A stretch of 64,000 bases of DNA from assembly GCA_944350445.1 (NCBI GenBank), contig CALVOW010000002.1, positions 5,636 through 69,635 on the forward strand, given 5' to 3'. Numbering within the stretch: the stretch's first letter is position 1; every line of letters begins with the position of its first letter. The DNA is from an uncultured Bacilli bacterium. GTDB taxonomy: Bacteria; Bacillota_I; Bacilli_A; RF39; UBA660. Under the pieces are notes generated by a model. That model made no database searches. It was not told the DNA's origin and saw only the letters and a list, made by a program, of their open reading frames with translations. Of this stretch, positions 18,502 to 27,737 are shown piece after piece. Made by a program: the position numbers and the translations under genes.

Positions 18502-18963
18502 TTATATTTTAATAATATCATGTTCTTTATTTAATCCACATAATTCATCAAACGATAAATTAAAATGGCAAGCAACACCGTACATAAAAGCAGTTAAAAC
18601 TAATGTTTTCCCACTTTCATAAGCACTGATAGTCGATTGGGAAGTATTTAATATTTTAGCTAAATCATTTTGTGTTAATTTATATTTTTTTCTAATAATT
18701 TTAATATTATTACCAATTTTTGTTTTATCTATCTTTTTGGTATAATCGTAATTATCAAAATTATTTTCCCCATATAAATCTAATATGTAATCAATCGTTA
18801 CTTTGAAATAATTACAAAAGTTTACTAAATGCCTAAGAGGAATAATTTCTTCTTGGGTTTCCCATCTCGCATAAGTTGATTTACTTATACTTAAAATTTT
18901 TGCCATTTCCCGTTGAGTCAAATCTTTTTTATTTCTTAATACTGCTAATTTTGAAAAATCCAT
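18502..18963 (-). CDS. Tandem-HTH XRE-family regulator
   Basis: Two HTH_3-like segments (LTQREMAKILSISKSTYARWE and LTQNDLAKILNTSQSTISAYESGK). Confidence 0.75.
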   Translation of the reverse strand: MDFSKLAVLRNKKDLTQREMAKILSISKSTYARWETQEEIIPLRHLVNFCNYFKVTIDYILDLYGENNFDNYDYTKKIDKTKIGNNIKIIRKKYKLTQNDLAKILNTSQSTISAYESGKTLVLTAFMYGVACHFNLSFDELCGLNKEHDIIKI

Positions 18964-19125
18964 AATTTACCACCAATATAATTTTCTCATTGTATTGGCG
19001 TTTTCTTTTTATTTGCCCCCGGAATACGATTAAAAGTTGCATTATAGCAAAAATATTCGAAATATTTAAAAAAATTTCCGATAATTTAAATATAAATACT
19101 ATTTAAATATATAATAATCATTAAT

Positions 19126-20070
19126 TCATCTTAAATAGTTTAAGTATTCTTTTTCAATCGAAGTATCAAAAAAATGTAAATTATATTTTTCTCTTAAATC
19201 ATTTAAAATTTCATTAGCAATGGTTCCATCATCTTGATTAATCTTTTCTTCAGCTAAATAAATTTTAATTCGCTCATTTAATTCTTCTAATGATGCTTTT
19301 TCGATTTCATCATCTTTAAAAACAATAACATATTTATCATTTAAATTAAAATAATTATTTGAATAAGAATTTACTTCTAAATTTTTTAATTCTTCATAAA
19401 TTTCATCTTCGATATTAGAATCAAATTCAATATTTTTTAAAGCTTTTATATTAATTTTATCATTGTAAATATTTATAATTTCAGAATAAGTTTTTCCAGA
19501 TTTTAAATCAGCTAAAATTTTCTTAGTTGTATCTAAATCATCTATTAAAATGTATTTTCCACTCATTGCTCCCGTTAAATCATTATAGAAATTTTTAACT
19601 TCTTCTTCAGTTATTTCTTTTTTTAAATAATCAGTTAAATATAAATTTCTTTTATATTCTAATATTAAATTATTTTTAAAATCTTCAAAACTTGTAAAAC
19701 CATTTGAACTTAGAAAAGCTGTTACAGAATAACCATAGTAATTACTAGCTGTATTTAGATAATAATTTGCTTCTGATGTAACTTCTTCGATCATTTCATC
19801 GGTTGTTTCATATAAATTATCTAATATTTTGGCATCAATTTCATTTATTATAATATAAACACTTCCCATGTTTTTAAGAGACTCATATAATGTGTCGGCT
19901 GTTATTGTATAGTTATCGATACTAACAACTTTTTCTTCACCATTTTTAAGTTGGCTAATAGCATCTGGTCTTAATAATATAGTTAAAGTTATGCCAATAG
20001 AAAAACCAATTATAAAAACTAAGATTGTTTTTTTATTAATTTTAATGAAATGTATCATAAACATCACCAT
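19126..20070 (-). CDS. Membrane-anchored PrsA/SurA-like foldase (putative)
   Basis: N-terminal TM helix followed by a SurA-N-like helical region. The PPIase region is not clearly recognisable, so function confidence is low. Confidence 0.4.
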   Translation of the reverse strand: MVMFMIHFIKINKKTILVFIIGFSIGITLTILLRPDAISQLKNGEEKVVSIDNYTITADTLYESLKNMGSVYIIINEIDAKILDNLYETTDEMIEEVTSEANYYLNTASNYYGYSVTAFLSSNGFTSFEDFKNNLILEYKRNLYLTDYLKKEITEEEVKNFYNDLTGAMSGKYILIDDLDTTKKILADLKSGKTYSEIINIYNDKINIKALKNIEFDSNIEDEIYEELKNLEVNSYSNNYFNLNDKYVIVFKDDEIEKASLEELNERIKIYLAEEKINQDDGTIANEILNDLREKYNLHFFDTSIEKEYLNYLR

Positions 20071-20189
20071 AAATTATTTTAACAATTGTTTGTGTAATTT
20101 TTGTGTAATTTTTCTAAAAATTTAAGTAAATAATTAAGAAATAAAAAAAACTTAATTTGGTTTAAGTTTTCTATTTTGAATTAATTTTT

Positions 20190-20741
20190 TTATTGTTTTT
20201 TTTCTTTTTGTTTTACTATTTTTTCAATTTGACTTAATTTTATTTCTTTACCAATTACAACTGGTAATTTTACTAAATATTCATAAATAATTTTATCATC
20301 TTTGTCATAAATATTTGGTTTATCTTCAAAATAAAGTCTAGCATATTTTAAAGCTGATTGATGAGACCAACCTCTTACTAATGCCATATTGTGTCTTTCA
20401 ACTTTTTTAGGATCAACATCTATTTCATATATTTTATAGAAGTTATCTTCTAAATATTTTGTTTTTACAAATTCAATTACTCCATCTTCATCAAAGCAAA
20501 AAAAAGCTTGATATCTCGATAATTTATCAGGATAATGTAATAATCTTTCATATTCAAAAACGACATCAATCAAGAAATTATTATCTCTTGCGTCATAGGT
20601 ATAATAACAAAGACCATGGGAAGATAATCCATCTTTGTAATATTCTTTGTCTTTCATTTTTTTAGTTGGAAAATTTTTAATTAACGATATGGTTTCATCA
20701 CTTTTTATGTGACCAGATCTATCAATATGATAAAGTTTCAT
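20190..20741 (-). CDS. Hypothetical 183-aa protein
   Basis: Clean ORF with SD AAGGAGG. No motif recognised. Confidence 0.55.
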   Translation of the reverse strand: MKLYHIDRSGHIKSDETISLIKNFPTKKMKDKEYYKDGLSSHGLCYYTYDARDNNFLIDVVFEYERLLHYPDKLSRYQAFFCFDEDGVIEFVKTKYLEDNFYKIYEIDVDPKKVERHNMALVRGWSHQSALKYARLYFEDKPNIYDKDDKIIYEYLVKLPVVIGKEIKLSQIEKIVKQKEKKQ

Positions 20742-20865
20742 AACTGCCTCCTTAATTTTTGTTTATTATAGTTTAATAATACAAAAAAGCAAGACAGTAG
20801 ATATATCAAAATAATTAATTTATAAAAAAAGTTTAAGTTAACTAACTTAAACGTTATTTTTAATT

Positions 20866-20939
20866 TGGCAGGGGATGAGAGAATCGAACTCCCATCTAAG
20901 GTTTTGGAGACCCCTATTTTACCATTAAACTAATCCCCT
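20866..20939 (-). tRNA. tRNA-Trp(CCA)
   Basis: Minus-strand cloverleaf: acceptor AGGGGAT/ATCCCCT, anticodon loop CTCCAAA, T loop TTCGATT, encoded CCA. Confidence 0.85.
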
Positions 20940-21021
20940 ACAAAAAAACATTTTAACATCATTTATATTACTTGTCAATTCATATTTTTTCTTATATAAT
21001 ATAGCTGTTGGGAGAGATATT

Positions 21022-22062
21022 ATGGCTAATACTAATACTAAAAAGAATATTCAAAAAGAATTAAATAAATTAAGCAAAAACAAGAAAGCAAATTTAAATC
21101 AAAAAAATAATAAAACAACCCCTAAAAATAAATTAGAAACTAGTAAAACAACAAGTAATAAAACTCCTATCAAAGAAACAAATAACAAAACAACAAAGGT
21201 AAATATTGATAAAAAAAATACTAAAAAAAGTAATTATTCAAAATTACAACAAAAAAGAATAACTGAACAAAAGGCCAAAAAAGAATCGGAAATTAGAAAA
21301 AAAGAAACTAAAAAACAAAAACAAGAAATAAAAAATAAAAAAACATCGTTTGAAATAAAAAGTAAAAAACAAAAGGCAAAAATAAAAAGTAAAAAACAAC
21401 CTCAGGAAATAAAGAATACTAGCCAACAAATACCAAAAGAAAGAAGTATTCTCAAAAAAATAAAATTATTTTTACTAAGCATTTTAATTAAATTGAAAAA
21501 TTTCTTTTTAAAAATTTTTACATGTTTTAAAAAAATAGGAATAAAACTTAAAAATGGTTTTAAAAATTTTCTTCAAAAGATAAAAAGAAGAAAAAATGTT
21601 AAAAAAGAAACTAATAAGGAAAAAAAGAAACGATCTAAAGAGGTTATAAAAGAAAATAAAAAAGAAAAAAGTAAGAAAAAAACTTTTGAAGAAATTTATC
21701 CTGAAAAAGTTAAAGAAAAAGTATTAACCTTAAAAAGTTTAACTGGTAAACTATTACCTATTACTTTTAATAAAGCAGATAAAAAGAGAAGAAAGACAAT
21801 TTATTTAAAAGAAGCTTTATTATTTACAATCATTTTAACACTTATAGATATATTGGGATTTTATAAAACTAGATATATTGACTATTTAAGAATATTTGAT
21901 AATAATATTTGGAATTTAGTAGCAACTATTTGTTTAACTCTTTTAGTACTATTTATTGCATCTTTTCTTCTTGATCTGATTATTACAGAAACAATATTGA
22001 AAATAAATAGGAAAAAGTTGTCTAAGCAAAAGAAAAAAACTGAAAATAAGCAAGACGATTAA
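21022..22062 (+). CDS. Lys-rich low-complexity protein with C-terminal transmembrane helices
   Basis: 346-aa ORF after GGGAGAG. The first ~230 aa are dominated by K/N/T/E. The C-terminal part has hydrophobic helices (LLFTIILTLIDILGF, LVATICLTLLVLFIASFLLDLII). Confidence 0.5.
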   Translation: MANTNTKKNIQKELNKLSKNKKANLNQKNNKTTPKNKLETSKTTSNKTPIKETNNKTTKVNIDKKNTKKSNYSKLQQKRITEQKAKKESEIRKKETKKQKQEIKNKKTSFEIKSKKQKAKIKSKKQPQEIKNTSQQIPKERSILKKIKLFLLSILIKLKNFFLKIFTCFKKIGIKLKNGFKNFLQKIKRRKNVKKETNKEKKKRSKEVIKENKKEKSKKKTFEEIYPEKVKEKVLTLKSLTGKLLPITFNKADKKRRKTIYLKEALLFTIILTLIDILGFYKTRYIDYLRIFDNNIWNLVATICLTLLVLFIASFLLDLIITETILKINRKKLSKQKKKTENKQDD

Positions 22063-22301
22063 AATAATTATTAATAAATATTTACTGGTATTAAAAATTA
22101 ATTTGATGTAAAATTATGTCAAATAAAAAATCTTTAAAATCTTCTTTTTGAGGATTTTTTTTTATTAAAGAAATTTTTTCTCTTTACTTAATTTTTTTAA
22201 TCTTTTTTAATTTACCTTTAATTTAATGATTTGTCGAGTTTTTTTCCGTTTTGACAACTATAAAATATATCTTGTATAGTTAATTTGAAAGGAGGGTTTA
22301 A

Positions 22302-22655
22302 ATGATTAATACAGTCATGTTGGTTGGAAGACTTGTTCAAGATCCCGAAATAATTGAACGAGAAAATGGAAGTAAAGTATCAAGGGTTACGTTAGCTGTT
22401 AATCGGAAATTTAAGAGTAGTGATGGCATATATCATACCGATTTCATTGATTGTGTGTTATGGAACAATTTTGCTAAAAATGTAAATGATTATTGTTCTA
22501 AAGGTGATTTAATTGGAATTCGGGGAAGAATTCAAGTTGATGTATATGAAAAAGATGGAATCAAAAGAAAAATAACTGACGTAATTGCAGAAAGTGTAAC
22601 CTTTTTATCTTCGATGAAAAATAAGGAAGAAGTAAAAGAATTAAAAGAGGAATAA
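22302..22655 (+). CDS. ssb: Single-stranded DNA-binding protein (short, no acidic tail)
   Basis: MINTVMLVGRLVQDPE...RVTLAVNR...DFIDCVLWNNFAKNV..Y..KGDLIGIRGRIQ is an OB-fold SSB pattern. SD AGGAGGG. Confidence 0.8.
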   Translation: MINTVMLVGRLVQDPEIIERENGSKVSRVTLAVNRKFKSSDGIYHTDFIDCVLWNNFAKNVNDYCSKGDLIGIRGRIQVDVYEKDGIKRKITDVIAESVTFLSSMKNKEEVKELKEE

Positions 22656-22744
22656 AAATTTATTAAGTTATTTATACAAACTCTTCTAGAAATTTTTCTA
22701 GTGGAGTTTTATAGTTTAAAATTTGTTTAATCTCTTAGCTATAT

Positions 22745-22773
22745 TTGACAAAAATGGCTTTTTATGGTATAAT
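22745..22773 (+). promoter_or_regulatory. Strong sigma-A-type promoter with about 130-nt leader
   Basis: TTGACA (22745-22750), 17 bp, TATAAT (22768-22773) with upstream TG. The leader contains hairpins at 22789-22799 and 22875-22895. Confidence 0.6.
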
Positions 22774-22912
22774 TAGAAACATATTTAGGGAGTAGCTCCA
22801 TAAAATAATGGTTTAATTCGTCAATACGGTTAATGCCCGGATTAAAATTAAAGAGCAAGACTATTTATAAATTAAATGGTTTTTTTTTAACCATTATTTG
22901 GGAGGAATTTAT

Positions 22913-23626
22913 ATGAAAAAAACACACGTTATGTATGATGGATATGCAATTAATAATGACTTAATATCAAAAGACAAATTTATGTATGATTTTTTAGGTC
23001 AAACTAATAAAACAATTTTTAATAACCAATGTTTGCAAACTATTGTTCCATATTTTAATGGAAAAGTAAAAGTAATGGGTGGAGTAAGTGGGATGTTGCT
23101 TGGTGATAATATGCATTTTACTTGTCACACTTTTAGTTATTTAAATTGCGTTTTTATAGACTATTTTGGAGATGAAAAAAATGGTGATGCTGTTAAGTTT
23201 TTAATTGATGATACGTTTAAAACTCAAGATTATTCTTATTGTGATGATAATGAAAACAAAAAAGGTAATTTTGGTAAACATTTAATCATCACTACTAATA
23301 ATATTAAAGGATTTATTTTTTATCAAAATCAAATAAAAAATATTTTAAGAGACATTGAAATGACTCCAATTCATTCTTTGTTATCAAGACGAGTTGATGA
23401 GGAAACTTTTGATTTATTGCAATTAATTGCTGAGTCACATATCTCTATTCATGCTAATGGACAAATAGCATATATTGATGTCTTTTCTTGTAAAGATTTT
23501 GATGAACAAAAAGTAATGAATTTATTTCCAAAAATATTAGATGCCAAAATAGTAAATAGAGGTATTAGTTTCCCAACCGAAGATGAAATAATTGAAAAAG
23601 AAAAAGCTTTAATAAAAAGTTTATAA
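22913..23626 (+). CDS. S-adenosylmethionine decarboxylase-related protein
   Basis: The C-terminal ...LIAESHISIHANGQIAYIDVFSCKDFD resembles the SpeH/AdoMetDC core (ESHISIHTWPE..A.DVFTCG). The protein is longer than classical SpeH. Confidence 0.5.
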   Translation: MKKTHVMYDGYAINNDLISKDKFMYDFLGQTNKTIFNNQCLQTIVPYFNGKVKVMGGVSGMLLGDNMHFTCHTFSYLNCVFIDYFGDEKNGDAVKFLIDDTFKTQDYSYCDDNENKKGNFGKHLIITTNNIKGFIFYQNQIKNILRDIEMTPIHSLLSRRVDEETFDLLQLIAESHISIHANGQIAYIDVFSCKDFDEQKVMNLFPKILDAKIVNRGISFPTEDEIIEKEKALIKSL

Positions 23627-23800
23627 TCATCATATATAAATATAAAAAGGTACGACGTATGTTGTGCTTTTTTAATAAAAAGAAAATTTAATATATTTTT
23701 TGTTAAATATTTAATGATAAAATTATATTATAATAAGAAAGTTAAAAACTCTTTACTATTTTCTTTATATAGGCTAAAATGTATTTGGAGTAGTGATAAT

Positions 23801-24139
23801 ATGACTTTTGGAGAAAAACTTAAATTATTAAGATATGAAAAAGGCTTAACGCAAGATGATATTGGTTACCTTTTAAATGTTACGAAATCTTGTATTTCTT
23901 GTTATGAAAAGGGTACAAGGCAACCATCTTTGGATGTTTTAATTCAGTTAGCTTCGTATTTTCGAGTTAGTGTTGACTTTTTGATTGGAATGGAATCATA
24001 TGATAGTAATACTAAGGTAAGATTAACAAGAAAAGATATTGAGTTAATTAATGCTCTTAAAAATAATCCGGTTATCTATAAAGAAATAGTAAAAAATGTT
24101 AATGATTCTGTTTTTAAAATTAAGAAAATATTTGAGTAG
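23801..24139 (+). CDS. XRE-family HTH regulator
   Basis: MTFGEKLKLLRYEKGLTQDDIGYLLNVTKSCISCYEKGTRQP. Start ATG 23801 after GGAG. Confidence 0.75.
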   Translation: MTFGEKLKLLRYEKGLTQDDIGYLLNVTKSCISCYEKGTRQPSLDVLIQLASYFRVSVDFLIGMESYDSNTKVRLTRKDIELINALKNNPVIYKEIVKNVNDSVFKIKKIFE

Positions 24140-24236
24140 TTATTAAGGAGATTTCTCCTTAATAACGAAAAATAAAAAAGTTTAATTTTAAATTGACAAG
24201 TATTTTAAGTTTTGATATTATATATATGTTCGTTAT

Positions 24237-24329
24237 GGAGCAGTACTCAAGAGGCTGAAGAGGCTCCCCTGCTAAGGGAGTAGATCGGGTTAAACTGGTG
24301 CGAGGGTTCAAATCCCTCCTGCTCCGCCA
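24237..24329 (+). tRNA. tRNA-Ser(GCT); 3' end is the prophage attachment core
   Basis: Acceptor GGAGCAG/CTGCTCC, anticodon stem CTCCC/GGGAG, loop CTGCTAA, long variable arm, CCA. Promoter TTGACA 24193-24198, 17 bp, TATTAT. Confidence 0.9.
24313..24329 (+). repeat. attL core (17 bp, within the tRNA-Ser 3' end)
   Basis: TCCCTCCTGCTCCGCCA, identical to 61200-61216. Confidence 0.85.
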
Positions 24330-24370
24330 ATGTTGATTTTACCCTTGAAAAACAAGGGTTTTTATTTTTT

Positions 24371-24390
24371 TAGGTACTATTTAGGTACTA
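24371..24390 (+). promoter_or_regulatory. Two TAGGTACTA direct repeats (candidate integrase arm-type sites, attL side)
   Basis: TAGGTACTA at 24371-24379 and 24382-24390, 11-bp period. The same 9-mer pair occurs at 61086-61105. Confidence 0.5.
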
Positions 24391-24395
24391 TTTTT

Positions 24396-25532
24396 TTATA
24401 AATTGTTTAAAATATCTATTATTTCATCTTGTATAGTAGGGAATAAATGCATATATGTTGTTTGCATAACATTTATTGTGTGTCCCATCCGATTAGACAT
24501 TATTAAGAAGAATTTTGCTGTATCTATTTTAACGTTTTTTTCTTTACTATTTTTTATATATTCATTTATTAATAAACTAACATGTGAATGTCGAAATTCG
24601 TGTATTGTTATAGCTTTAATCCCACTTAATTTAAAATAATAATTTTTATATCTTGTAATAGTTGTATCTGGCAAAAATCTTGTATTTCCAAAAACAAACC
24701 ATTTTTCTTTAAAATCGGAATATTTACTGACTTCGTTTTTATATTCGACAAGTTGGTTATATAATAAATTATTCATTTTTACTTTTCTATTTTGATTATT
24801 TTTAGTTGAGGTAATTTTAAATTCTTCTTTGGTTTTAGTAGACAATGTTTTATTTACGATTACTTCGGAATTATTAAAATTTATATCATTCCAAGTTAAT
24901 GCCTGTACTTCTCCTTTTCGCATACCGGTATAATATAAGAACATAAATAGGGTTTTATACATGGAATTATCAATTACTGAAATAAATTTGTTAAATTCTT
25001 CAAGAGTTATATATCTTATTTTCTCAGAGTCTTTTTTTATTTCTTCATTTTTAGATTCGAAAGGACCTATCTGTTGTACAATGTTAATTCCTAATCCGTA
25101 GTTAACGATAGCATAATTAAAGATACTTTTTAAAATTACATAAAGTTTATTTAAATAATTTAATTTTAAGCCTTTTTTTTCCATTTCTAGGCGCCAATTC
25201 TTTATTGTAGATATATTTATATCTTTTATATTAAAGTGTTCGAAATATGGCTTTATATTAACGTTATAAGCATTTTCGTAACAATACACCGTTGATTCTT
25301 TTCTTTTTTTATACATTTCTATGAAATAGGCTTTTGCTATTAAACTAAATGGTTTACTAATAGGATTATCTCTTTTCATAATAAATAAAGCTTCTTCTTC
25401 AAGAGCCTCTTTTTTTGTGAAGTATTTTTTAGACTTATGTGCCTTATTATTTCCGTTAAAATCTTTTTTATAAACCTTAAAAAACCATTGTCTTCCGTCC
25501 TTTGTAGGTGTTTTACTCTTATAAACAGCCAT
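24396..25532 (-). CDS. int: Phage tyrosine integrase
   Basis: 378 aa: MAVYKSKTPTKDGRQWFFKVY... (SAM-like N-domain), box I ...TGMRKGEVQALTWNDI, box II ITIHEFRHSHVSLLI, catalytic Tyr in ...QTTYMHL. Confidence 0.9.
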   Translation of the reverse strand: MAVYKSKTPTKDGRQWFFKVYKKDFNGNNKAHKSKKYFTKKEALEEEALFIMKRDNPISKPFSLIAKAYFIEMYKKRKESTVYCYENAYNVNIKPYFEHFNIKDINISTIKNWRLEMEKKGLKLNYLNKLYVILKSIFNYAIVNYGLGINIVQQIGPFESKNEEIKKDSEKIRYITLEEFNKFISVIDNSMYKTLFMFLYYTGMRKGEVQALTWNDINFNNSEVIVNKTLSTKTKEEFKITSTKNNQNRKVKMNNLLYNQLVEYKNEVSKYSDFKEKWFVFGNTRFLPDTTITRYKNYYFKLSGIKAITIHEFRHSHVSLLINEYIKNSKEKNVKIDTAKFFLIMSNRMGHTINVMQTTYMHLFPTIQDEIIDILNNL

Positions 25533-25669
25533 AATTTTACCTCCAATTATTTACTTTTATTTTTTTATTTAGTATAATTAGAGTACAGAAAAAGAATTGT
25601 CTGACTGACTTTTTATTTCTGTACCCTTTATAGGTTTTGATCTCGTATTCGTAGTACGAGATCTTTTTT

Positions 25670-26182
25670 TTATTTTATTTCTAATTTTAGATGTCCCGTT
25701 TCTCCACCAGATATTTTTTGAATATATAAATATTGTCCTTTTTCTAAGGTTATTTCAGTGTTGTAACCATTTACACCTCCAACGGTAATTGGCAAACTGT
25801 TATTTTGAACATCATCAGGATTTTCGGTATCTAAATCAGTTACATATAAATTATATACTCTTTGTGGTGTTCCATCATATTCACCATCAGTTTGTTCAAC
25901 AATATATGTTCCGGCTTGCAAAATATCTCCATCATAATTATCGTTTTCAATTGAAATTTTTAACCATTCAGCTACATCATCACTGTTATCGTTCCCACTA
26001 TTTGTCCATTCTAAGAAAGTCATATAATTACCTTCTTGTGTGTTATCAGAAATATTTTCTTGTTCTGTTGGAGAAAAATCGTTAGAAGTTTCTTCGGGTC
26101 CAATAAGCGCTCCAATAACACCTATTACTAAAATAACAGCAACAACAATTGCCCATTTAGGAATTTTTTTCTTTTTTTCCAT
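25670..26182 (-). CDS. Membrane-anchored protein of the lysogeny module (function unknown)
   Basis: MEKKKKIPKWAIVVAVILVIGVIGALIG is an N-terminal TM anchor, followed by an acidic ~140-aa domain. Start ATG 26182 after AAGGAGGTG. Confidence 0.6.
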   Translation of the reverse strand: MEKKKKIPKWAIVVAVILVIGVIGALIGPEETSNDFSPTEQENISDNTQEGNYMTFLEWTNSGNDNSDDVAEWLKISIENDNYDGDILQAGTYIVEQTDGEYDGTPQRVYNLYVTDLDTENPDDVQNNSLPITVGGVNGYNTEITLEKGQYLYIQKISGGETGHLKLEIK

Positions 26183-26279
26183 ACATCCCACCTCCTTCAC
26201 TACAAACTCTATATCAAAACTCCTGTACTAGCAAGTTTTAATCAAATTTAATAAATATTCAACATATCTATCTGCTTCA

Positions 26280-27428
26280 TCATAAATATTTTTTTATTTT
26301 TCTTTTATGTTCATGTTCTATAATAGGCAGGTATTCTTTGATGTTAAACTGTGCATTTTGAATCAAATCATTAATAATTTTTTTAATAACTTCTAATGAA
26401 CATAATTTAAAATTCATTTCTAAAGTTTCATATTCTTTTATTAATGATTCTTGAGTATAATATTCTCTCATATTTGATAACAATGCAAAATTATTTTCAT
26501 TAATGTAACATGAATTAATATCATCTAGTAAGTATTTTTTAAAAATTTTATCGTTATATTTTCTATAATTTTCTAAGTCATTGTAATAGGATACTCCACA
26601 TAAATCGAATATTATACATTTTAAGCATATATTAATAGCTACATGATATTTTCCCTCTGAATATGTTAAGTCTAGCATATTAAGGTAATTATAATATAAT
26701 TGATAATATTGCCTTGTTTTTGAATATTCTAATAATCTTTTTTGAAAGATATTCCATACACAATCTTGATAAGAATATCCTTTGTTTTTTGGTAATTTTT
26801 TTCTGACATCATAATATTCCTTAACAGTAATTTGATATTTTTGACTTCGATGTAGATTAACAAATTCAATATTTTGCTCATAGAATTCTTTTCCTTTTTC
26901 TGACAAAACGTAATATTTTTCTTTCTCATCATATATATGAGCATATAGTTCATTGTCAACAATTTTGGCTATTAAGTCCTTTTTGTTTCCTGTTTGTGAT
27001 ATATTAGCGTTTTTTAAAATTGCTTTTAATTCGATAATTTTTAATGTTTCTAATAATTCGAGTTCAGTTGCATTACGTAAATATCCAGCTTTTACTAAAT
27101 CTTTTATGAATAGCTTAATGTTGTAAATTTGGCATTCAGATTTGTAATAAACAGGGACATCTCTATCACTAATAATAATTTTATCAGGCTTTGTATATTT
27201 CCATAAAACTAATTCAGTCGCATATTTTTTTATAAACTGCTTAAAATTCATATTCGAATCTTGAGTATCAACTATAAGTAATGTGTGACATTGTGGACAA
27301 ATAGAGTCGTTATCAATAACCATACCACAATTTGGACAGTAAAAAATATCTTTTTGCTCATAAATTTGTCTTTGGTTTTTGATATATTTATTATTAAAAT
27401 TATTTATAAAATCTAAAACTTTTCCCAT
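26280..27428 (-). CDS. Zinc-ribbon plus SAP-domain protein (function unknown)
   Basis: CPNCGMVIDNDSICPQCH is a zinc ribbon. LKIIELKAILKNANISQTGNKKDLIAKIVDN is a SAP-like motif. 382 aa. Confidence 0.55.
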   Translation of the reverse strand: MGKVLDFINNFNNKYIKNQRQIYEQKDIFYCPNCGMVIDNDSICPQCHTLLIVDTQDSNMNFKQFIKKYATELVLWKYTKPDKIIISDRDVPVYYKSECQIYNIKLFIKDLVKAGYLRNATELELLETLKIIELKAILKNANISQTGNKKDLIAKIVDNELYAHIYDEKEKYYVLSEKGKEFYEQNIEFVNLHRSQKYQITVKEYYDVRKKLPKNKGYSYQDCVWNIFQKRLLEYSKTRQYYQLYYNYLNMLDLTYSEGKYHVAINICLKCIIFDLCGVSYYNDLENYRKYNDKIFKKYLLDDINSCYINENNFALLSNMREYYTQESLIKEYETLEMNFKLCSLEVIKKIINDLIQNAQFNIKEYLPIIEHEHKRKIKKYL

Positions 27429-27441
27429 TATGAAACCTCAC

Positions 27442-27735
27442 TTAATTTCTAATTACATCACTTTTTAATATTTTATAGGTTAATATAATCATAGGAATAT
27501 TTAATAGTATTTGAATGATTATATAGTTTTTTATAAAAAGTTGCAATATTCCACAGAATAATATCATATAAAAATATGTTACTAATCCTATGCTAAATAA
27601 GAATATAATTGACATCAATACAACTATTAATTCAAATTTAATCTTTTTTTCTTTAATTAATTGCAATCCAATTGTTCTAACACAGATTATAGGGTATACA
27701 AATGTATAAATTAATATCAATTTATCTTGCGACAC
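27442..27735 (-). CDS. Small multi-pass membrane protein
   Basis: 97 aa, about three hydrophobic helices. Sits directly downstream of the repressor gene on the same strand. Confidence 0.5.
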   Translation of the reverse strand: MSQDKLILIYTFVYPIICVRTIGLQLIKEKKIKFELIVVLMSIIFLFSIGLVTYFYMILFCGILQLFIKNYIIIQILLNIPMIILTYKILKSDVIRN

Positions 27736-27737
27736 AA

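Noticed and set aside
25596-25665. Hairpins downstream of the integrase (GTACAGAAA...TTTCTGTAC and GATCTCGTA-N7-TACGAGATC plus a T run) as a special regulatory element.
   Set aside because: They look like ordinary intergenic terminator structures between the integrase and the neighbouring cargo gene. Nothing distinguishes them further.
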